From IMG/VR virus record IMGVR_UViG_3300037504_000682, positions 1 through 64,000 of that record: a stretch of 64,000 bases of DNA. One strand, written 5' to 3'. Below the pieces are notes generated by a model. That model was not told where the DNA came from, did not search any database, and worked only from the letters and a program-made list of their open reading frames with translations. Both the position numbers and the translations under genes were made by a program. This DNA comes from a virus. Positions 56,978 to 64,000 of this stretch are shown one piece after another; the stretch's first letter is position 1, and each line of letters starts with the position of its first letter.

Positions 56978-57571
56978 ATGCCATCACTCCAGGAAATTGC
57001 CGCATTTTTAGCCTTCATCGCCCCGGCCGCCGGGGCTGTCTGGCTTTTGATCAGAGAACGGACCACTCAGCGGCTCAAGGCTGAAATCGAGGCTCAGAAC
57101 AAGCGGTTGGAGCTGGAGCTTGAGGAGTCGCGCCAGCGGCTGGAGGAGCGCAACAAGCGACTGGAGGCCGAGCTAGAGAAGGCCCGCCAGCAGCTCGGGG
57201 CCGAGATTGACGCCCAGGCCGACCACCGGGAACACGTCCAGAAGCAGTCCGATCTTGAGACTGCCTACCACCTGGCCGAGGGAGCGGCAGCCCAGCAGGT
57301 TATGGCTGAGTTGGTGGCCAACTCCCAGGATAAGCTCGACGACGCCTACGGCTTCATCAGGTCGGACATCAAGGCCGACCTGGAGCAACTTCAAACGCTC
57401 GTTGACGAAATACAGAAACAGCTCTTGTCCTATTACCCGAAGATCGACGAGGTCCCCTCGATCAAATACGAACTCAGAAACTTCTCCACCCAGTCCCGTC
57501 TCCTGGTCAACCTCATTAGAGAGATTTACGAAAAATTATTCAAGGAGCAGTCGGATGAAAAACTGGACTAA
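56978..57571 (+). CDS. N-terminal TM plus coiled-coil protein
   Basis: Architecture parallels 3681-4205. Confidence 0.65.
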   Translation: MPSLQEIAAFLAFIAPAAGAVWLLIRERTTQRLKAEIEAQNKRLELELEESRQRLEERNKRLEAELEKARQQLGAEIDAQADHREHVQKQSDLETAYHLAEGAAAQQVMAELVANSQDKLDDAYGFIRSDIKADLEQLQTLVDEIQKQLLSYYPKIDEVPSIKYELRNFSTQSRLLVNLIREIYEKLFKEQSDEKLD

Positions 57572-58109
57572 TCGGCTGGTCGGGCCAGCAGGAACCGTTT
57601 TGATCACTATTGGATATTGCTACCTGTCCACCCTGTGGCCAGACATTATCCCCAGCACTGCCGCTATCCTTTTTCCGGTTGTCGCCGTCGCCGCTTTTAT
57701 TAGTGGCTTGCGGGCCGGGCTGGTCGCCGCCCTGTGGACCGGAGCTTACAGCGCCTGGCAGCTGTGGCCGGCCGATATTCCCCGGGCGGTGGTCGTTACC
57801 GCCAGCGCGGTCGCCCTGGCGGTTGTGGTTGGCGTGCTCAAGCGGCGCTCCCGGCTATCAGACCTGGCTCGCCGCAAGGCGACCGCGTTCGACGAGGTCA
57901 ACGGCAATATCCTGCGAATAGGACAGATGCAATCCCGGCTCTTTGAGCTGCTCTCCGGCTGGCGGCACATCCCCGATAAAGAAAAGTATCGCCAGGTCGA
58001 GATCGTTTACGGAGGCCTGGTTACCCTGGCTACGATGACCGCCGGCTGGCACCAGCTGGCCCGGGAAAAGAAGGAAGTTCAATCCGGAGGTCCGACAAAG
58101 GAGCACTAA
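57555..58109 (+). CDS. DUF4118-like 4-TM protein
   Basis: VAVAAFISGLRAGLVAALW pattern. Confidence 0.6.
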   Translation: MKNWTNRLVGPAGTVLITIGYCYLSTLWPDIIPSTAAILFPVVAVAAFISGLRAGLVAALWTGAYSAWQLWPADIPRAVVVTASAVALAVVVGVLKRRSRLSDLARRKATAFDEVNGNILRIGQMQSRLFELLSGWRHIPDKEKYRQVEIVYGGLVTLATMTAGWHQLAREKKEVQSGGPTKEH

Positions 58110-58279
58110 GTGGGCGAACGGCTCAACATCCGCCACTCCGGGGTGGGGATGAGGCCGGACCACTCCGGGGTGGCCCTGGTCTTTCAGCTGTTTCGGCCGG
58201 GAATCAAAACCATCGGCGAGCGGCTGGCCGCCCTCGAAGCCGGGGGATAATTTATCTTTGAGCTTTCCAGGGGGAAGCG

Positions 58280-58942
58280 ATGGCAGTTGAATTAGTTTAC
58301 GGCGAGCGCAAAGAGCGCGAGACCAAAAAGGCGATCCTGGCCTGCAACGACTACTTGCGGATGGGACCCGGCCGGAGCTTACAGAAGCTACACGACCGTT
58401 ACCAGGCCGTATCCGAACCGTTACCACCAACCAGGCGAATTACCACCTTAAAGCGTTGGTCAAAGGATTTTGAATGGCAAAAACGGGCCGCTGATTACGA
58501 AGCCTATCTTGACCATCAAAAGACCGAAATGGCCGAGCGACGCCGGCGGCAGGCGATGGAGCAGGGCCTAGCCCTCGACTACGAGCGGGTCACCGTCCTG
58601 AAAAACCTGACCTCTCTGCTTCTGGGCGAGATGCTCAAAAAAGACCCGGCTACCGGCAAGTTGATCAACATCTGGCTCCAGGACGCCAAGCAGATCGGCT
58701 CCGGAATTGACGCCGAACGGGTCGACATCGAACACTTCAACGCCGCCATCATTCGGGAGCTGCGCGGCCTGCTGGACGACCTGGCCAAAGAGACCGGCGG
58801 ACGCAAGGAGAAACACGAATTCAGCGGACCGGGCGGCGGGCCGATCAAGACCGAAGACACCACGATGGACGACGATGGTCGGGCCCGGCGGATCGTGGAA
58901 CTACTGACCAAGGTCAAAGGGCGCGTGAGCGACGATGATTGA
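58280..58942 (+). CDS. Terminase small subunit
   Basis: YLRMGPGRSL, RWSKDFEWQKRA, EFSGPGGGPI; precedes terL. Confidence 0.75.
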   Translation: MAVELVYGERKERETKKAILACNDYLRMGPGRSLQKLHDRYQAVSEPLPPTRRITTLKRWSKDFEWQKRAADYEAYLDHQKTEMAERRRRQAMEQGLALDYERVTVLKNLTSLLLGEMLKKDPATGKLINIWLQDAKQIGSGIDAERVDIEHFNAAIIRELRGLLDDLAKETGGRKEKHEFSGPGGGPIKTEDTTMDDDGRARRIVELLTKVKGRVSDDD

Positions 58943-60494
58943 CGAGTGGGAGGTCAGTCAGCTTCAGCAGCATATGACCGGCCGGGAGCGGGCCTACCTG
59001 GAGGCCTTGCTTTCTGACGAGTTCATTTCGCTCTCGCAATACATCCAGGCCGCCTGGCCCGTGGTCGAGCCGGCCACCGACTTCATCTCCAACTGGCATA
59101 TCGACGCCATCAGCGACCACCTGGAGGCGGTCACCTGGGGCTGGATCAAAAACCTGATCATCAACATCCCCCCGCGCCATATGAAATCCCTGACCGTCTC
59201 TGTCTTCTGGCCGACCTGGGCCTGGACCTGGCGGCCGGAGCTGCGCTGGCTCTTTGCCTCCTACGCCGAGAAGCTGGCCATCCGGGATAACGTCAAGAGC
59301 CGGCGAGTGATCAAATCGCCCTGGTATCAGGCCCGCTGGGGCCACGTCTTTCGGCTGACCGGCGACCAGAACGAGAAGATGCGCTTTGAGAACGACCGCT
59401 CCGGCTACCGGATCGCCACCAGCGTAGGCGGCAGCGCCACCGGCGAGGGCGGCGACATCATCGTGGTCGACGACCCCCACAAGATGAAGGAGGTCGAGAG
59501 CGACCTGATCCGGGAGGGGGTCCTGGACTGGTGGGATGAGACGATGAGCACCCGCCTCAACGACCCCAAGAGCGGCAATAAGGTGATCCTGATGCAGCGG
59601 GGTCACGAACAGGACCTGACCGGCCACGTCCTGGAAAAGATGGAGCAAGGGGGCGAAAGCTACGAGCACCTGTGCCTGCCGGCCGAGTATGAGCCGACCA
59701 CCTATGTGACGGCCATCGGCTTTGAAGACCCCCGCACTGAGCCGGGCGAGCTCTTGTGGCCGGATCACTTCGACCAGGAGGCCATCGACAACCTGAAGAT
59801 TTCGCTTGGCTCCCGGGCGTCTGCCGCCCAGCTCCAGCAGCGGCCCAGCCCGGCCGAGGGCGACATCTTTAAGAAAAAATGGTGGCGCTTCTGGATTCCG
59901 CCCGGCTCCAACCTGCCGCCTTACCGGATCAAGCTGCCGGACGGCTCTCTCTTTGAGTGCGAGCAAAGGGAGTTGCCGGCGTTTTTCACCGAGCAGCTCC
60001 AGAGCTGGGATATGGCCTTCAAGGACACCAAGTCCAGCGCCTTTGTGGCCGGCCAGGTCTGGGCCCGGCTGGGGGCCGACAAGTTCCTGCTCGACCAAGA
60101 GCGAGATCGGTGGGACTTCCCGGCCACCCTGGCCGCCGTCCGCCGGGTGACCACCCGCCACCCGGCCGCTCACGCCAAGCTGGTCGAGGATAAGGCCAAC
60201 GGGCCGGCCGTGATCCAGACCCTGCGCAGCAGTGTCGCCGGCCTAATCGCGGTCAATCCGGAGGGGGACAAAGTCTCCAGGGCCAACGCCGTGACCCCAG
60301 ACATCGAGGCCGGCAACGTCTACCTACCCCACCCGGCCATCGCGCCCTGGGTCGACGGCCTGATCGACGAGTGCGCCTCTTTTCCTAACGGCGCTTTCAG
60401 CGACCAGGTCGACACCCTGAGCCAGGGGCTGGTCCGGCTGAAGAAAAACGAGCAGCGGGATCAGAAAAGCAGGCCCCGCTCCCACAGTTTGTAA
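58935..60494 (+). CDS. Terminase large subunit (second)
   Basis: INIPPRHMKS, VVDDPH, MQR, SWDMAFK, EDKANG, DQVD. Confidence 0.95.
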   Translation: MIDEWEVSQLQQHMTGRERAYLEALLSDEFISLSQYIQAAWPVVEPATDFISNWHIDAISDHLEAVTWGWIKNLIINIPPRHMKSLTVSVFWPTWAWTWRPELRWLFASYAEKLAIRDNVKSRRVIKSPWYQARWGHVFRLTGDQNEKMRFENDRSGYRIATSVGGSATGEGGDIIVVDDPHKMKEVESDLIREGVLDWWDETMSTRLNDPKSGNKVILMQRGHEQDLTGHVLEKMEQGGESYEHLCLPAEYEPTTYVTAIGFEDPRTEPGELLWPDHFDQEAIDNLKISLGSRASAAQLQQRPSPAEGDIFKKKWWRFWIPPGSNLPPYRIKLPDGSLFECEQRELPAFFTEQLQSWDMAFKDTKSSAFVAGQVWARLGADKFLLDQERDRWDFPATLAAVRRVTTRHPAAHAKLVEDKANGPAVIQTLRSSVAGLIAVNPEGDKVSRANAVTPDIEAGNVYLPHPAIAPWVDGLIDECASFPNGAFSDQVDTLSQGLVRLKKNEQRDQKSRPRSHSL

Positions 60495-60694
60495 CGGACG
60501 TTTGAAAATGACCGACACACCCCAGGACATCGAAGCCGCGCAGCGCCGCATCCGGGAGCTGGAGGCCGCTCTTGACCGGGAGGCCCGCTGGGCCGAGTTG
60601 TACCACGACCGCTGGCTTTTGTCCCACGACCGTGGGAACCATAGCATCGACTGGCAGGCGACCAACGACTACCGTCACCTGATCGGAGGAGAGA

Positions 60695-62281
60695 ATGGCT
60701 ACATTCGATGAACTGACCCTCAAGGACGCCGAGGAGCGTATTCCGGACCGGGGCGAGGATTGGCTAAAGGCCAACCGGGCCTACTACCACGGCGACCACT
60801 GGCAGGATGGCGACGGCTGGTCCGGCCCGATGCTGGATATGAAACATAAGCTATATAGCCAGATGCTGCTCGAAATCCAGCGAGCCTTCGTCTCCAAAAA
60901 CACCATCGCCGAGGTGGCCGAGAGGCATAGCGCCGGGGTGATCGGCCGGGAGCCGCGCTGGCGGCTGACCGTCCGCCGGCCGCTGGCCGACGGCGAGGAG
61001 CCCACGGCCCAGGAGCAGACCTTGATCGACGAGGCCGAGATGCTGCTTAACGGCTGGTGGGAGGATCGGGGCTGCCATAAGGTGCTCAGGGAAGCGGCCG
61101 AGACGATGCTCCTGGCCAAGCGGGGCTCTCTCAGGCTCTTTGTGCCGCCGGGGCTCCTGGTCGACGGCTTGGTGCCCCGGGAGCCGGTCGAGGAGGCTAT
61201 AGGCCGCATCTACCTGCACCATCCGGAGCCGGAGCAGGCGGCCGTGCCCCGGGACCGAAACACGATGCAGGACATCGGCATCTACCTCTTTGAGCGCAAC
61301 AATCAAAAGCTGGCCGAGCTGATCTACCTGGATGGCGACTGGACGGTGATCCGGCTGGCCGAAGCGACCAGCGACGAAGGCGAGGAAGAAGAGCAGCCCG
61401 AGCCCTGGCGCTTCAACCTGGGTGGCCGGCTGACGATGTTTGAGATGAATCGCCGGCTGCTTATTACCGAGCAGGTCCGGCAAAACCAGAAGCTGCTTAA
61501 CCTGGCGCTCACGATGCTTCAGCGCAACGTGATCCAGGGCGGCTTTCTGGAACGCACGTTTTTTAATGCCCAGCTGCCCGGCAAAGATATACCCGATCCG
61601 GACCGGCCGGGGGAAACCAAGTTCGTACCGGAGCCCCTGCACGTCGGGCCCGGGGCTACGAACTTCCTCTCCGGCGTGGTGACCGAAGACGATCAGGGTA
61701 ACACAGTGGTGGCAACTCCTTCGGTGGTCTACCGGAACCCGGTGCCGGTAGAAACCTTTGCCGAGACCAAGCGGGAGGCCTACAGCTGCATCCTGGAGGA
61801 GGTTGACCAGCTGCACGTCCTGATCACCGGCGACGCCACGGCCAGCGGTGAGAGCCGCAAACAGGCCCAGACCGACTTCCGGCAGTCCCTGCTGGACAGC
61901 AAGGATCAACTGGAGAAGGCCACCGCTTGGCTCCTGGAGACGGTACTGGCGATGGCGGCCGAATTCTCCGGCCAGGCCGGCCGGTACGAGGAGCTCCGGG
62001 TTGACGCCGAGTGCCGGGTCGACCTGGGTCCCATCTCGGGCGACGAGCAGCGGGTGGCCAGGGAGCTGGTCGAGGCTCAGATCATCTCGAAGCGAACGGC
62101 AATGAGCCGGGTGGGGGTGGACGACGCCGACGCCGAGGCCGGCCAGATCGCTACCGAGCAGGAGGAGAGCAGCCAAAGGCAGCAGCAGAGCCTGGCCACG
62201 GCCGTACTGAACGCCCAGCGGCAGCTGGCCGGCGGGCAGCAGTCGACCGGCCTGGAGCAGCCGGAGGGAGAGGAGGAGTAG
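60695..62281 (+). CDS. Portal protein (second)
   Basis: Follows terL; YYHGDHWQ, ASGESRK. Confidence 0.75.
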   Translation: MATFDELTLKDAEERIPDRGEDWLKANRAYYHGDHWQDGDGWSGPMLDMKHKLYSQMLLEIQRAFVSKNTIAEVAERHSAGVIGREPRWRLTVRRPLADGEEPTAQEQTLIDEAEMLLNGWWEDRGCHKVLREAAETMLLAKRGSLRLFVPPGLLVDGLVPREPVEEAIGRIYLHHPEPEQAAVPRDRNTMQDIGIYLFERNNQKLAELIYLDGDWTVIRLAEATSDEGEEEEQPEPWRFNLGGRLTMFEMNRRLLITEQVRQNQKLLNLALTMLQRNVIQGGFLERTFFNAQLPGKDIPDPDRPGETKFVPEPLHVGPGATNFLSGVVTEDDQGNTVVATPSVVYRNPVPVETFAETKREAYSCILEEVDQLHVLITGDATASGESRKQAQTDFRQSLLDSKDQLEKATAWLLETVLAMAAEFSGQAGRYEELRVDAECRVDLGPISGDEQRVARELVEAQIISKRTAMSRVGVDDADAEAGQIATEQEESSQRQQQSLATAVLNAQRQLAGGQQSTGLEQPEGEEE

Positions 62282-62689
62282 GATGACTTCATACACGGAC
62301 CGGTATCCAAAGAGATGGGAGGACCGACCGGAGGGGCGGCAGACAAACATTTTCTTGTGTCCGTTTTGCCAGAGGGAGCGGTGTGATTGTTTAGAAACGA
62401 TGATATACCCTGCACGAGATTGGCCCGGCAAGGGGACCGATGCAAAAATCAACATCACCACCAGAGAAGATACCGGCAGCGCGAGTACAACATCAGGAAG
62501 GTGAAAGGGGTGCTATGCGGAAAGTCTCGACCGTTCCGGTCCGGAAGGTGGGCCGGTTTGAGCAGGTTGGCGGGCCGAGGGAGGAATGATGAACATCTGG
62601 CTGATTGATCTCATCTGGCGGATGAAGCGCAGCCGGGAGCGGCGATATGATCACTCCTGGACCGAGCTAATAAAACTCACAAGGAGAGT

Positions 62690-63469
62690 TTGGCCGTGAA
62701 ATACATTTTAGATGGCAGGTTTTGGGTGAGCTGGCAAAACCTGAATAGAAAGTTCGACCGGCTCGGAAATCGGATCAAGCAAGGCTCCGGCTTCTGGCAC
62801 GGCCGGGCCTGGATACACAAGTCTGAGGGTAGATTTTCTGCCAAGGTTGAGTGGAACTTCAAATCTAGCTTTTGTTTCATCGGCCTATCGGTTGGTGGCG
62901 ACGAGAACGACCTTGGGTTCCATGTCGCCCTGCCGCCGGTGGCCATTTGGGTGAGTGTCGCCGGCATTGTGCCGCGACGCTGGGTCAAAAACCTCGATTG
63001 GTGGTATCGACCCTGGCCGAAAGAGGTCGACCTCACCGTTTACGCCGGCAGCCTGTGGTGGAAACTGTGGCGCAGCGAAAGCGACTGGATGGACGACGCC
63101 ACTGGCTGGGAAGGCAACTTCAACTTCGTTGATTTCTTTTTGGGCCGGGATAAATGCCGCCACGAGACGCTTTACGAGATCGACGAGATGGAGGTCCGGC
63201 TCAAAGACGGCGATTATCCGGTCTCGATCCGTATTTTCCGCAGCTACTGGGACCGGCCACGCTGGCTCACCCGCTCCATTGTTCGGGCCACGGTTACATC
63301 CCTGGACGAAAGCGGCGTTCCCACTGGTGACGAAAAGTTCGGAAGCGACAACAACACCATCTCCTCCACCTTCCCGGCTTCAACCATCCGGGAGGCGGTC
63401 GAGAAATTCTGCGAAGACATCGAGATCGCCCGGCAGAGATATGGGTATTACCGGAGGGTGGGCTCGTGA
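62690..63469 (+). CDS. Trp-rich hypothetical phage protein
   Basis: SD AAGGAG; long ORF. Confidence 0.6.
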   Translation: MAVKYILDGRFWVSWQNLNRKFDRLGNRIKQGSGFWHGRAWIHKSEGRFSAKVEWNFKSSFCFIGLSVGGDENDLGFHVALPPVAIWVSVAGIVPRRWVKNLDWWYRPWPKEVDLTVYAGSLWWKLWRSESDWMDDATGWEGNFNFVDFFLGRDKCRHETLYEIDEMEVRLKDGDYPVSIRIFRSYWDRPRWLTRSIVRATVTSLDESGVPTGDEKFGSDNNTISSTFPASTIREAVEKFCEDIEIARQRYGYYRRVGS

Positions 63470-63825
63470 AGCGAAACCGTAGAGCCGAAGCCAAAAAGAA
63501 AGCCCGCCAGCAGGCCCGCCGCAAGGAGGTCGAGGCCCTGCTTATGGCGATGGGCCAGGCGGCCGTAGAGGTTCTGGTCACCCACTTCGACTTCACCGAG
63601 GCCCAGGCCGTACACTTCCTGAAGTTCGTCCGGCAGCGACTGCCCGACATTCGCCCTGTCCGGCCGGTGCTGAGCCACCTCGACCGGTTGGAGACCACGG
63701 CCCAGCGCTTTGGGGTGGCCGGGATGCAGGTCTTGACCGGCATCTACGGCCTGGAGCAGGCTCAGGCCGATGACTGGTTGCAAAGAATGGTCGAGGCCGG
63801 CCGGCAGATGGACAAGGCGGCGTGA
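63466..63825 (+). CDS. Hypothetical protein
   Basis: GTGA-coupled ORF with internal repeat. Confidence 0.55.
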   Translation: MKRNRRAEAKKKARQQARRKEVEALLMAMGQAAVEVLVTHFDFTEAQAVHFLKFVRQRLPDIRPVRPVLSHLDRLETTAQRFGVAGMQVLTGIYGLEQAQADDWLQRMVEAGRQMDKAA

Positions 63826-64000
63826 TGAAAACCGTCCCCGAGTGGGTTATCGACTGTATCACCGAATGGAAATCCACCCTCCTGCTCCAGGAGTGGACTT
63901 TCGAGACCAGTTTGAGCCCCCACCCCGGCGGTGACGGATCCGGCCATACCAGCGCCCATATTACCCTGTGGCCGGACATCCGCCGGGCCCAGCTGGAGAT

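Larger units (their letters stand above)
27571..64000. mobile_element. Temperate phage region B (leftward arm, int/att, rightward arm, second packaging genes)
   Basis: Integrase next to tRNA fragment, XRE gene, DnaC/initiator, terminase and portal. Confidence 0.88.

Noticed and set aside
58133-58173. CCACTCCGGGGTGG repeated twice before terS
   Set aside because: It fits a local duplication inside a short ORF (HSGV twice); nothing else supports a pac site.
29273-62461. Long antisense ORFs (29273-30535, 47433-48611, 52035-53432, 58914-60173, 60851-62461)
   Set aside because: They shadow well-supported genes in GC-rich DNA and show no recognisable motifs.

Overview
The whole window is phage DNA; no housekeeping host operon is visible. 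The probable host is Chloroflexota/Anaerolineae, inferred from a DnaN-like clamp and small proteins resembling that lineage. (A) 1-27.6 kb, plus strand: a GATC-poor late region with a beta clamp, DHH phosphoesterase, lysis-like genes, TerS/TerL, portal, scaffold and capsid. A glycosyltransferase/acetyltransferase/methyltransferase cassette sits inside the head operon, followed by a siphovirus-type tail. (B) 27.6-43.3 kb, minus strand: an FtsK/TraB-like ATPase with DUF2637-like membrane genes and 11-bp-phased repeats, two TGT-fold proteins plus DUF5131, two DNA methyltransferase fusions, and DnaC plus a replication initiator. (C) 43.5-46 kb: tyrosine integrase, a tRNA-Leu(TAG) 3' att fragment, a structured RNA candidate, and an XRE regulator with operators. 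(D) 46-64 kb, plus strand: Sak4-like ATPase, MYG1/DHH-like protein, a RavA/ViaA-like AAA+/VWA pair, a second DHH gene and a second TerS/TerL/portal set. The best novelty candidates are: an actinomycete-plasmid-like DNA translocation module inside a phage; an RNA-based control network (paired-hairpin leaders, antisense sRNAs and an att-linked RNA complementary to two leaders); a tandem TGT-fold DNA-modification cluster without Que genes; and a virion-glycosylation cassette gated by a Shine-Dalgarno-sequestering pseudoknot. All family assignments come from motif recognition by eye; no searches were run.
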